From: a virus
Virus record (IMG/VR): IMGVR_UViG_3300037511_000125
Location: 1-64,000 of that record
Strand: one strand, 5' to 3'
Length of the DNA: 64,000 nt
Part shown: positions 1-9,054 of the stretch, in pieces
Layout of the letters: every line of letters begins with the position of its first letter
Numbering within the stretch: the first letter of the stretch is position 1
Translations under genes and position numbers: made by a program
Notes under the pieces: model-generated
Seen by the model: the letters and a program-made list of their open reading frames with translations, nothing else
Told to the model about the DNA's origin: nothing
Database searches by the model: none

Positions 1-925
1 TCAAGGGCGCGGTAATCTCGGTCGGAGCCGCACGGTCAACCAACTGGATCGAGCACGCCTGAAGGCCCGGCGTGAGTTCCGCAAATGCGTTGGTGTTGAT
101 GCGACCGCCGTCCGGCTTTTTCACTTCTGGCATGGAGATGATGATCATGTCCGTACCGCCAGCGCCGCGACCCTTGAGCGTGTCGTCGCACGACCAGGTG
201 ATTTCATCCTCGTTCCAGCCGAGCACATCGTCGACTAGGCCACGCGACGACTTCGAACCAGCGCCTTCGCGTTGGAACTGCGTCAGTTGCACGATGCCCT
301 GATAGCTGATTGCCTCGAGGATTTCCTGCGTGGTCGTGACAGCGAAACGCGCGGGCATGCCCATTTGCATCGTCCGGACCTTGATAGCGCCGATCTGTTG
401 CAAGAGGAAAAAAGCAAGCTCGCCGCTGTCGTACGTCGAAATGGTCGTGTTGCCATTCGAATCCGCCGGCAGGCTGATAGCCGTTGCGCCGTTCGCATTC
501 AGCAGGCCTTCGCCGTTCGACGGATTTGCGCCGTCGAGCAGAAGGTTACGTTGCTGCTGGAACGTTGCCTGACGCATTGCCAGGCGGTGCGCTTCGACCG
601 TCGACGCGCCAACACGACCAAGCGCGGCCGTGTCGTGATGGTCGTACTCGGCGCGCGAGCGGATCATGTACGTCGGCGTGCTGATTTCGCTGTAGACCAC
701 CGAGCAGCTCGGAAGTTGATTAGACGCGAACTGGCCCGTTTGGACTTGCGTACGAACATCCATACGCTTGATGTAGACAGCCAGGTCACCTTCGCCCAGA
801 CGGACGAGCGGGTCGCCGGTTGCGATCAGGTCAAACGCGCCCGAAGCCTGTTGATATTGCAGGAGCAGTTCGGGCACCAGGTAATGCGGCGAAACCCGAA
901 TCTGTGCAGGTACGATATTAGCCAT
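1..925 (-). CDS. major capsid protein, 5' part (runs off left edge)
   Basis: Not in ORF track. My translation from ATG 925 reads MANIVPAQIRVSPHYLVPELLLQYQQ..., open to position 1. SD AAGGTGG lies 7 nt upstream. Last gene of the head operon; DUF2184-type capsid resemblance is from memory. Confidence 0.6.
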   Translation of the reverse strand, partial: MANIVPAQIRVSPHYLVPELLLQYQQASGAFDLIATGDPLVRLGEGDLAVYIKRMDVRTQVQTGQFASNQLPSCSVVYSEISTPTYMIRSRAEYDHHDTAALGRVGASTVEAHRLAMRQATFQQQRNLLLDGANPSNGEGLLNANGATAISLPADSNGNTTISTYDSGELAFFLLQQIGAIKVRTMQMGMPARFAVTTTQEILEAISYQGIVQLTQFQREGAGSKSSRGLVDDVLGWNEDEITWSCDDTLKGRGAGGTDMIIISMPEVKKPDGGRINTNAFAELTPGLQACSIQLVDRAAPTEITAPL

Positions 926-936
926 GTGTTACCACC

Positions 937-1815
937 TTAGATGAGGATGAGGGCGGTCGTACCTTGGCGATTCCAGGTAGCTGCACCGGTGTTTGCGTTG
1001 AAAGAGACCGTCATGCTGTTGCCGACGTTGATCGAGAGAACCTTGACCGGGAGGACGGCCGTGTTCTGAACCAGCGTGATCGTGCCGGTGAGTGCGCCCG
1101 TTGCGATTGCGCCCGAGGCAGCGGTCACCTGGAAGCTGAAGTGCTGGCTATCGGTGAACGCGCTGACGGTTTGGATGCCGTTGACGAGCGCTGCGCCCGT
1201 GCCGGTCACGCCGGCGAGGTTGATCGTGTCGCCAATCGCGCTAACGTTCGATGCCGCCGCAGCGACCACGACGAACGTGTACACGCCATTTGCAAACGAC
1301 GAAGTGACCGAGGTCACTGCAACCGTCGCCGTGCCGCCAGTCGGGACCAGCGTCTGCGTGTTGAAATCCCAGTTCACTGCCTGCGAGGTCAGGCCGCCAT
1401 CCAGCGATGCGAGGCCCGGATCAGCAGCGACCGCGATCCGTGCGCCCGAACCCATGCGGAAATACGCGACGCTTGCGCCGGTCGAGCCAGCCAGCGGTAC
1501 CGGGCTTTGCGGCGAACCGACCATCGAATAGGCCTGGTTGAACACCGAGAAGCCCGAGAGATTGGCGGCAGCCGTTGCCGGGGCGATCCCGCTGCCGAGC
1601 GTCACATCATTGCCAGCGGCCGGGATGAATTCGCTAATAGCCATGCCGCCCCAAACAGGGGACGTTGCGCTAGGCGCGAGATTGCCCATCGCGAGCGCAT
1701 AACGCACGGCAGGGTCATCCATGAAAACGCCTTGCACATAGCCGGCGCTTTGTACCGAAAACGAGCCTGCGGCATTGGTCGTCTGGTACGGGTAGAAAGG
1801 GGTATTGACATTCAT
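937..1815 (-). CDS. head-associated structural protein (decoration-like, Gly/Ala/Thr-rich)
   Basis: 292-aa ORF between the scaffold and capsid genes. Beta-rich composition typical of virion surface proteins. No specific motif recognised. Confidence 0.45.
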   Translation of the reverse strand: MNVNTPFYPYQTTNAAGSFSVQSAGYVQGVFMDDPAVRYALAMGNLAPSATSPVWGGMAISEFIPAAGNDVTLGSGIAPATAAANLSGFSVFNQAYSMVGSPQSPVPLAGSTGASVAYFRMGSGARIAVAADPGLASLDGGLTSQAVNWDFNTQTLVPTGGTATVAVTSVTSSFANGVYTFVVVAAAASNVSAIGDTINLAGVTGTGAALVNGIQTVSAFTDSQHFSFQVTAASGAIATGALTGTITLVQNTAVLPVKVLSINVGNSMTVSFNANTGAATWNRQGTTALILI

Positions 1816-1833
1816 GTTTTCTATCCAGAAATG

Positions 1834-1858
1834 AAAAAGGCCCGCTCAGTGGCGGGCC
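1834..1858 (-). terminator. rho-independent terminator after the scaffold gene
   Basis: On the minus strand: GGCCCGC-cactga-GCGGGCC followed by TTTTT. Sits 20 nt past the stop at 1878. Confidence 0.7.
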
Positions 1859-1877
1859 TCATTTGGCGACGATTGCC

Positions 1878-3776
1878 TTAGTGGCTTTTCGGTTGAATGA
1901 TCTTGCTCTTCATGCGCGGAGGACGATGCGCATCCATCCACGACGGGCGGCTGTCGAAGAACTCGGTGATCTTGTGACCGGCTTCCGACGTGCGCGTGCG
2001 CATGACCGGGCCATTACCGGTCGATGCCGGTCGGCTTGCGGCTTCAGCGGCGTCCGCATAGATCGCGGCTTCTGCAATCTCGAAGACCGATGCTTCGAGC
2101 TTGCTCAGATCGACGTCCTTCCATGCTGCACTGTGCGACTTCATCGGAGCGGCGAGGCGCTTGCGATATGCCAGCACGTCTTCGCCGTTGAGGGCGCGCG
2201 GAGCCTGCTTGCCAAACGCCGAATAGATGCTGTCGGACTTCGCTTGAGCGTCAGCGAACGCGGCGTGGTCAGCATCGGTGAGCGGCTTCACAGCGAGTTG
2301 TGCAGTCTGTACCAGCATCTTTTCGAGCTGGTTGACGCGCTCGAGCAGGGCGCTTTCACGCTTCGCTGCGTCGGCCTTCGCCTCTTCCTTCTCTTTCTCT
2401 TCTGCGTCGGCCTTAGCCTTCGCTTCAGCCTCTTCCTTTTCCTTGGCTTCGGCGTCGGCTTTGGCCTTATCCGCAGCGGCGAGTTCTTCGGCCGGCATTG
2501 CGTCGGGCTTCTTCTCCATCGAATCCATCCGCTTGCACAGCGAATCGACGGCGGACATCAGCTTGTCCCATTTTTCGGAATCGGCCTTGGCCTTTTCTTC
2601 TTCGGCATCAGCCTTCGCCTTTTCCTCAGCGTCGGCCTTGGCTTTCGCTTCGAGTTCTTGCTTCGCCTCGGCGTCCGCCTTGGCCTTACGCTCTTCTTCA
2701 GTCATCTCAGGTTCCTGAACGTTAGTGGTAGATACGCCAGCAGGCGGACCGCCCTTGTCCCACACGCCAACCTCGCAGATCGCGATGTGGTCGAGCAGTT
2801 TTGGGTTTCCCTCAATAAGACCTTTCTCACCGTTGTCGAGGGTTACAACGGTGTTTTCCAACTTCGGATTGCGGAAGACGACGTTGGGCGACGTGGATAA
2901 CTGCTCTTGCGACATGAGGGTCGCGGTCGCTTCGTCGTAGATGCGGACGATGGCCCAAACTTCGTCGCCCTTGATGTAGGGCAACATGACCGAGCCAACG
3001 GCGCGTTTCTTGAATTCCTCAGAGTTGAGGTTGCTGTTTTCAGGATGGTCAACGATGACCGGCAGGCCGTTGCAGCGCGCTAGAAATTCATCGTTGAGAT
3101 ATTCCTCAGGCGGCCGGTAGACGTATTCCTCGTCCTTCGATCGGTACGAGGTGCCCGTGCCGGTGATGCGAATATCGAACAGCCACATGTTCACGAAGAA
3201 CTGCGGCGACGAGTACTCGCCCGCGACCATCGCTCGAGCTAGGTCCGTCTCCGTCATGTGTGCTTTGCGGATCGCCTTGAACGCGTCCGACTCAAGCACG
3301 AACCGGCAACCGGGATGCAGCGGCTCAGGCCACGAACCAAGCGGAGACCAAACGAAATCAGTGCTCTCGTCGCTCAGCGCAACATCGAACGGTCGGGATT
3401 CGTTGTAGAACGTCGTGAATTCGACTGAGCCATCGTCAGACTTGCCAAGCTCAATCAGCTTATGCGGCTCATATCCGGTTTCTTCCTGCGTCTCGCGTCG
3501 GGCGGCTTCTTCGGGCGTTTCACCGGGCTCAATATGTCCGCCGGGAAAGGCATACTCGCCGGGGTGATCGCCACCGTTGCCGCGCCTGAGAAACAGCACG
3601 TTGCCGTCAGCGACGATCAGCGCTCCAGCGGCCCGGACCTTTTCGGAATCGGCTTTGCTCTTGCCGGCTTCGTGCATCGCAATCGCGACGGCCTGGGATT
3701 CTTTGTGTCCGGCTTGGCGCAGTTCCTCTATATTCCTAGAGACAACTGCGTTACTGGAGCCTGATTCAAGGGGCAT
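1878..3776 (-). CDS. Nudix hydrolase fused to DUF2213-like prohead scaffold/protease with a Lys/Ala/Glu-rich coiled coil
   Basis: Nudix box [23 protein letters not shown] fits GX5EX7REUXEEXGU. The middle region (...[11 protein letters not shown]...) is DUF2213-like. Two [13 protein letters not shown] repeat blocks. Position is between portal and capsid. Confidence 0.75.
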   Translation of the reverse strand: MPLESGSSNAVVSRNIEELRQAGHKESQAVAIAMHEAGKSKADSEKVRAAGALIVADGNVLFLRRGNGGDHPGEYAFPGGHIEPGETPEEAARRETQEETGYEPHKLIELGKSDDGSVEFTTFYNESRPFDVALSDESTDFVWSPLGSWPEPLHPGCRFVLESDAFKAIRKAHMTETDLARAMVAGEYSSPQFFVNMWLFDIRITGTGTSYRSKDEEYVYRPPEEYLNDEFLARCNGLPVIVDHPENSNLNSEEFKKRAVGSVMLPYIKGDEVWAIVRIYDEATATLMSQEQLSTSPNVVFRNPKLENTVVTLDNGEKGLIEGNPKLLDHIAICEVGVWDKGGPPAGVSTTNVQEPEMTEEERKAKADAEAKQELEAKAKADAEEKAKADAEEEKAKADSEKWDKLMSAVDSLCKRMDSMEKKPDAMPAEELAAADKAKADAEAKEKEEAEAKAKADAEEKEKEEAKADAAKRESALLERVNQLEKMLVQTAQLAVKPLTDADHAAFADAQAKSDSIYSAFGKQAPRALNGEDVLAYRKRLAAPMKSHSAAWKDVDLSKLEASVFEIAEAAIYADAAEAASRPASTGNGPVMRTRTSEAGHKITEFFDSRPSWMDAHRPPRMKSKIIQPKSH

Positions 3777-4615
3777 GGATTCATCTCATTGGCTTGCGCC
3801 AGTTGTTCTCTCGCGGCTCGTTCGGCAGCTCGCCTAGCCTTCATTCCAGCACTGACTTTGGCTCGGAATTCGTCGCTGCGCTTTATGCCGCGCTGAACGG
3901 CGGAGATTTTCGCGCGGTGCGCTTCGGAAAGCTTCTTGCCAGTCAGCGCGGCGCTGACGCGAGCACTCTTGAGCGCTCTAGCTTCTTCGGACATGTTTTC
4001 TCGTCCGAGACGGCACGCCTCAAGTTCTGCATCGCTACGCTTTCTTCCCCTGTGTGCATCGCCAATGGCGTCCTTGTGAGCCTGGCTAAGCGGGCCTTGT
4101 GATACACCCTTCTTCGCTGCGCTAATTGCTGCCGCATGCTCGGGCGCAGTGACGCGCCCCTTGTGCGCCGCACTTAGTTTGGCTCGCGTTTCTTCGGATG
4201 GTTTTCTGCCTTTCCGAACTGCGCTTAATTTGGCGATGTGCTCGGGTGATTGTTTCTTGCCCTTTGCCGCAGCAGACATCTTTTGCTTCGTTGCTTCGGA
4301 ATGTTCATGGCCGGCAAGTCCGTCTCCACCGTCAGTGAAATTCACTAGCGGGCCACCATTCGCAACGCGCCCTATCGCCGCTATGAACGCGATCTCGGTC
4401 GCGCATGCCTCGGCATCGGTCAACCCTTCGCGGATCTTTACCTTTGGGAGTTTGCCGCCCGCTTTTTGAATGATGCTGGCGAGAAGCGGGTTGTGCGTGC
4501 GCCGTTCATGCTGATTCCATCTACCGCCGACGCCCTTACCAACATAGCAAGGGATGCCGTTGGGACGAAACAAAATATAAACGTAGCTTTCTCGTTTTTC
4601 TTCGTAGACCGTCAT
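3728..4615 (-). CDS. GIY-YIG homing endonuclease with NUMOD3-like repeats
   Basis: N-terminus [26 protein letters not shown] is a GIY-YIG motif. It is followed by about 7 repeats of the S-x-E-x-R-x-K-x-S-x-A-x-K-G type. Confidence 0.8.
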   Translation of the reverse strand: MTVYEEKRESYVYILFRPNGIPCYVGKGVGGRWNQHERRTHNPLLASIIQKAGGKLPKVKIREGLTDAEACATEIAFIAAIGRVANGGPLVNFTDGGDGLAGHEHSEATKQKMSAAAKGKKQSPEHIAKLSAVRKGRKPSEETRAKLSAAHKGRVTAPEHAAAISAAKKGVSQGPLSQAHKDAIGDAHRGRKRSDAELEACRLGRENMSEEARALKSARVSAALTGKKLSEAHRAKISAVQRGIKRSDEFRAKVSAGMKARRAAERAAREQLAQANEMNPCPLNQAPVTQLSLGI

Positions 4616-5445
4616 GTCATCGCCTTGATCTTCGCGCGAACCGCCTCTAGAGATTCTTTGCCACGAATCGTCAACATAGATTCTGGCAAATCCCTTAAAT
4701 TAAAGAGGAATTGCGCAAAGCAAGAGCAAAAAACTTCTTGCCCAACGGCGGTTACTTGATCGTAGTAACCGGCATCACCGACTTTCATTAAGCCTTTTTG
4801 AATGGCCCAGTTGTCGCGAATCGTATAGATCAGGCCGTCGCGTTCTTTGTGGTCCTCTCTATAAGCGTAGCCGGGTCTCCGCCACATGCTTCGCCAGATA
4901 AGCGCTATTGCGCCACCATCAACGGCGACAATCTCATTGAGTGCGGCTGTAAATTTCGCCGACTGATCGATGGCAACTCGCCGGTCCTCGAAAGAGAGCG
5001 ACGTAAGCGCCTTGCGGATGTGATCCTTCGTATCCTTCACGTCGACCGCGCGACTGCCACCAGCAGGGACCGATGATGCCCAACCGGCGAATCGCTGGAT
5101 CGTCTTCTCGACCGACTGCTGACGATTCAGCTTGATCAGGCTACGCGACACCATCATGCGGCGATCGAGCTCGGTGCGAAGCTTCGGCTTCAAGCGCTCG
5201 ATCGTGTACTTCGGGATGCCCGGATTCGCTTTGAGCAACTGACCGTCGTCGACGAGGCGCTTATAGATGCCCCCAAGCGTTCGGGTCAGCGTGTCGTTAA
5301 GCACGCTCTCAGGCGTCAGTGAATCGACCGCAGCCTTGCGGATGCGCTCCGTCCAGATCGAAAGGTCTTCCGCACTCGTGAATCCGTTCTGCTCGAAGTG
5401 GCGGATGGCCTCGCTGACCACGGTATAGAAGGATTGCGAGGCCAT
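4612..5445 (-). CDS. head morphogenesis protein (SPP1 gp7 / Mu F-like)
   Basis: 277-aa ORF immediately after the portal gene, coupled by ATGA overlaps. The call rests mainly on position. Confidence 0.5.
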   Translation of the reverse strand: MASQSFYTVVSEAIRHFEQNGFTSAEDLSIWTERIRKAAVDSLTPESVLNDTLTRTLGGIYKRLVDDGQLLKANPGIPKYTIERLKPKLRTELDRRMMVSRSLIKLNRQQSVEKTIQRFAGWASSVPAGGSRAVDVKDTKDHIRKALTSLSFEDRRVAIDQSAKFTAALNEIVAVDGGAIALIWRSMWRRPGYAYREDHKERDGLIYTIRDNWAIQKGLMKVGDAGYYDQVTAVGQEVFCSCFAQFLFNLRDLPESMLTIRGKESLEAVRAKIKAMT

Positions 5446-6860
5446 TAGATGTTGTGCGGCGCGGGTTCGTCAGTCTCGGGATCGGGCGCGGGTGGCTTGT
5501 AGTTGCGCAGATCGTCGTAGTCAAGATTCAGCGGACTGACAAACAACTTCTTCGATTCGTTCGCGTTATTCGCAAACCATTCGATGAGTCGCGCCTTGTT
5601 GTCTGGGTCCAGATCGGGTTTAAGCGAATCCAGCGCCGCCGTCAGGGCTTCGAACTTCACCTTCTCGACCTTCACCATCTCCGATTCAGGCTCTTCGAGC
5701 AGATTCGGCCACTCAGCAGAGAAGGCGTTTTTCCACTGGTAGAACGCCTCGGTGTACGACATGCCCCGGTATTCTTCGACATCCGCCTGGATGGTCTTGA
5801 AGAATTCCTCGCTCCACGCCAACCGCATTACGATCGGGTCGAAGAAGCCATACAGCGGCTGCACGCTCTTGCGTTCGTGGTTGATATAGCGAACCACTTC
5901 CTTGGCGTCTTCGGTGCCCTCGCCAAATCCTTCGGCATACGACTCGGAATTGAGCATCTTCGCCGGCTGCGGAACTGCCGCAGCGACGTTCTCAAGGATG
6001 TTCTTTCGGGCCGTCGTCAGCGCACCGTCTGCATTCAGCAGGTTCAACGTCTCGATCGCCTCTTCTGGCGTGATGTTGATAACGTTGTTTGTCTGCGCTT
6101 CCTTGACGACATTGCGCTTGATGCCCTGCAGAACCGCCATAGCGCGGTCAGCAATCGAACCAGCGGGCTTCATCTTAGCGACGATCACGCCGACCTTGCG
6201 GGCCACCATGTCATCCGCGACCATCGTCTGGACGAAGGATTTCAGCGGAAAGAGGGCGCGCTGATAGGCTGACCGGCCCGTGTAGCCGAATGCCGAGTTG
6301 CTGTACTCGATGTACAACGGCGCTTCGTTGAACAGGACCAGAGAGCGGGACGGGTGATACGACTGGCCCGCGGCCGTTACTGTCGTCGGCTTCTGGAAGT
6401 CCGGTGCGTTCGGGTCCTGGTTGAGAACAAGCGAACCTGCCGTATTCAACGGATCGAGCGAGTTGAAGTACAGATCGGCTTCAAGTTTCGCTAGGTCTTC
6501 CGGTTTGATGGGAGACTTCGTATCGACGCCCTTCGCCCCATAGACGATCGCAGCAGCACCGTAGATCTTGCTCAGGCGCCATGTGTTAGCAATCTTGTCG
6601 TCGACGGTGAGTTCATCCCACTTGCGCTCAAATGCTTCAGTAATGCGCTCTTCGGCCACAACGGGCACAGTGATCTTGCGCCGCTGGCTCATGGCGATCT
6701 TGATCGGCTGATCGACGATCTTCGAGCCTAGCGGGTGATACGCGTATATCTGTTTGCAGAGCTGGTAGCTCGGCTCGGCGCCGGGGACGATTTCATCCGC
6801 CATGAGCAGATCGGTCAAAGCCGACGACAGCCTTGAGCCTTCGATTGTGATTTCTGCCAT
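5445..6860 (-). CDS. portal protein (DUF1073-type)
   Basis: 471 aa, directly downstream of TerL. N-terminal ...AEPSYQLCKQIYAYHPLG... resembles DUF1073 portals (from memory). Confidence 0.8.
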   Translation of the reverse strand: MAEITIEGSRLSSALTDLLMADEIVPGAEPSYQLCKQIYAYHPLGSKIVDQPIKIAMSQRRKITVPVVAEERITEAFERKWDELTVDDKIANTWRLSKIYGAAAIVYGAKGVDTKSPIKPEDLAKLEADLYFNSLDPLNTAGSLVLNQDPNAPDFQKPTTVTAAGQSYHPSRSLVLFNEAPLYIEYSNSAFGYTGRSAYQRALFPLKSFVQTMVADDMVARKVGVIVAKMKPAGSIADRAMAVLQGIKRNVVKEAQTNNVINITPEEAIETLNLLNADGALTTARKNILENVAAAVPQPAKMLNSESYAEGFGEGTEDAKEVVRYINHERKSVQPLYGFFDPIVMRLAWSEEFFKTIQADVEEYRGMSYTEAFYQWKNAFSAEWPNLLEEPESEMVKVEKVKFEALTAALDSLKPDLDPDNKARLIEWFANNANESKKLFVSPLNLDYDDLRNYKPPAPDPETDEPAPHNI

Positions 6861-6872
6861 GGGGATGATGTG

Positions 6873-8150
6873 TTAGAAGCCTTCGGAATTCCCAAGGCCA
6901 ATCGCGACGCCGTAGGTGAAACAGTCGAGCAAGTCATCGGCGCGCTTGGCGGCGTCTTTGTCGCCAATGCGGAAGCCCAGGACTTGCGAGAGAAGGTGAT
7001 TGCGCGTCTGACCTTTGAAGTCGGACGTTTGATCGAAAGCGGCCTGACTGACCTTTACGAGTCCGCGATGCGCGTAGCCAGAAACGTTCATGGCTCGCTC
7101 GTCCTTACCCACGGATGTCAGCACGCCGTCGATAGGCTCAGCCGGCCAACCGCGCCGCGCGGCCTGTTGCAAAAGAATCGTTCCCGATCCCTTGTCTTCT
7201 ATGTACGTTCCGATTGCACCAAATCGCGCCTTCGTAAGCGCGGCGTAGTCCTGTAGTTGTCGGTAGACATTCGGCAGCCATGTTTCGAGCAGGCTCCCTT
7301 CGATCTGGATCAGCTCGTAGCCAAGGATGACTAGCGGGTTCTTTTGATGCTTGGCAACCGCCCAATAGATACAGCCTGTTCCGTCGTTATCCGACCCTGC
7401 CTTGATCGCAGTGTCGATCGTGCAGTAGACCCCATCAACATGCTGCGGCAACGGAACCGGCTTGCCATCATCAAGCAACTTGTCGAGCGAGAAAAACGCA
7501 ACGCCCGACCAATCGACAAACTCGGCCTCAAATTCCTGCTGCCAGACGAGCGGATGGTTGATTTCCTTTTCGCGGGCCAACTCATCAGCCGGCACATAAG
7601 GATTTGCGCTCGTCGGCGCGTGGTGTTGCTTAAACCCTAGCTTTGGCTCATTACAGACCGACCAGAAGAAGTTCTCTTCGTCGATCCCGTGCGGCGTGGA
7701 AAATACCCATGCGCCGCCTCGACGTGTTAGCAGGGTAGGCTTGATAGCCCGTTCCCATATCTGCCGCATCTGGCCATTCTTAGCGAATGCCGCTTCGTCC
7801 AGTAGAACGATGTCGTATTCGCGCCCCCGTCCAGCCAACGGGTTATCGTTGGTATGCCAGAAGTCGACGAGACCGCCCGTGGTCGTGCGGATCTCGCCAT
7901 CGTTCTTGCTGGACCGCCGCTTGATCGGCGAGAGGATTTCCAGAATCTCGTCGAACGGCTCGAGCAACTGTTTGTGCTCTGGCGTGAAAATGCCGATCTT
8001 CTTTGCTTTTGCAGCGCCATTTGACGCAATGGACGTCATCAGTTTGGTCTTGCCAAACCGGCGCCCGCATCGGACTGCGTTGAAGCGGTCTCGATTGCGA
8101 TAGATCTCCGCCTGCCCGCTATGCAACGTTGGCAGGAAGATATCGGTCAT
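6873..8150 (-). CDS. terL: terminase large subunit
   Basis: Walker A CGRRFGKTK, Walker B IVLLDEAAF, and a C-terminal RNaseH-like nuclease region with acidic residues. Confidence 0.9.
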   Translation of the reverse strand: MTDIFLPTLHSGQAEIYRNRDRFNAVRCGRRFGKTKLMTSIASNGAAKAKKIGIFTPEHKQLLEPFDEILEILSPIKRRSSKNDGEIRTTTGGLVDFWHTNDNPLAGRGREYDIVLLDEAAFAKNGQMRQIWERAIKPTLLTRRGGAWVFSTPHGIDEENFFWSVCNEPKLGFKQHHAPTSANPYVPADELAREKEINHPLVWQQEFEAEFVDWSGVAFFSLDKLLDDGKPVPLPQHVDGVYCTIDTAIKAGSDNDGTGCIYWAVAKHQKNPLVILGYELIQIEGSLLETWLPNVYRQLQDYAALTKARFGAIGTYIEDKGSGTILLQQAARRGWPAEPIDGVLTSVGKDERAMNVSGYAHRGLVKVSQAAFDQTSDFKGQTRNHLLSQVLGFRIGDKDAAKRADDLLDCFTYGVAIGLGNSEGF

Positions 8151-8199
8151 AGCGCAAAATTATTTCTTGTGGCGCGAGACCAAATGTAAAAACTCGCTC

Positions 8200-8640
8200 C
8201 TAATCAGGCAATCCGCCGTGAACTTGCACGTCATTCTGATTGCCGCCATCGTCTTTCGACTCTCCGTACTTCTTCGGCAGCAACTTCGACATCAACCACT
8301 TGCGAGCATCGACGCGCAGACGTGAGCGCTGGACAGCTTCGCCATTCACGCGCCATCCAACGGTATCGCCATCCTTGCCGAGAACTTCCATCCAGTCGTT
8401 ACGACCGTCATCAGCAATCTCGATGATCTCTTCGGCCATCGCCTCAGCCTGCATCTCGCGCGCGCGTGCGTATTGGTCGCGGAAATCAGACTTTTTATCG
8501 TCCGCTAACCAGCGCAGAACCGTTGCCTTATTAGGCATTCCCGGTTGTTCGCATATCTGGCGCAGCGATTTCCCTTCGATCAACTGCTCACAGATAGTGG
8601 TCGCAATGGCCGTGGTGTAAGTCGATTTAGCCATACCCAC
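8200..8640 (-). CDS. terS: terminase small subunit (HTH)
   Basis: 146 aa immediately upstream of terL. N-terminal HTH ...SLRQICEQPGMPNKATVLRWL... is typical of phage TerS. Confidence 0.65.
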   Translation of the reverse strand: MGMAKSTYTTAIATTICEQLIEGKSLRQICEQPGMPNKATVLRWLADDKKSDFRDQYARAREMQAEAMAEEIIEIADDGRNDWMEVLGKDGDTVGWRVNGEAVQRSRLRVDARKWLMSKLLPKKYGESKDDGGNQNDVQVHGGLPD

Positions 8641-8666
8641 TCATGGGCATGGAGCCCTTCCTTGTT

Positions 8667-9002
8667 TTAATGCCCGATTGCAGCCCAAGTCGTCCCCGCC
8701 GCGCTACCCAGTCCATTCAGAGCGTTGCCCGGACCAAACGGGAGCGTGATCGATGCGCCCGCGGCAAGCGAGATATCAGCGGTCGTGACGGGACTGATGA
8801 ACGAGACATTCAGCGTCTGTGATGCATGCGTGTTCTGCAGTGTTACCCACGTTGAGAATGTACCGGCAGGAATGATGACTGCGCTGGTAGTCCCCACTGA
8901 GCCATTCAGGCTGATACCAGTCGCGCCACCACCGCTCGGTGCTCCGGCAATCCAAACGGGAATTGCTGCCGCGGGGTTACCTTGATTGTTTGGAAATGCC
9001 AT
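8667..9002 (-). CDS. hypothetical Gly/Ala-rich protein
   Basis: 111-aa ORF co-oriented with its neighbours. No motif recognised. Confidence 0.45.
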   Translation of the reverse strand: MAFPNNQGNPAAAIPVWIAGAPSGGGATGISLNGSVGTTSAVIIPAGTFSTWVTLQNTHASQTLNVSFISPVTTADISLAAGASITLPFGPGNALNGLGSAAGTTWAAIGH

Positions 9003-9054
9003 TTGGCTCTCAATTCGTTAATTCAACGTGAAGATCAACGTTATGCTCACGCCG

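Noticed and set aside
272-1881. Plus-strand ORFs 272-940 (222 aa), 964-1881 (305 aa) and their nested ORFs.
   Set aside because: They are antisense to the capsid and decoration-like genes. They are Arg/Cys/His-rich with no motifs, typical shadow ORFs of a GC-rich coding strand.
2380-2700. Periodic AAGGC/GCCTT-type repeats that could be mistaken for a repeat array or CRISPR.
   Set aside because: They are in-frame coding repeats ([13 protein letters not shown]) of the scaffold coiled coil. There are no spacer-like unique units and no cas genes.
1863-2900. Plus-strand 345-aa ORF and the Ser/Ala/Phe-rich ORF at 2278-2718.
   Set aside because: They are mirror images of the Lys/Ala/Glu repeat region of the scaffold gene. 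The low-complexity composition arises from reading the coding repeats antisense.
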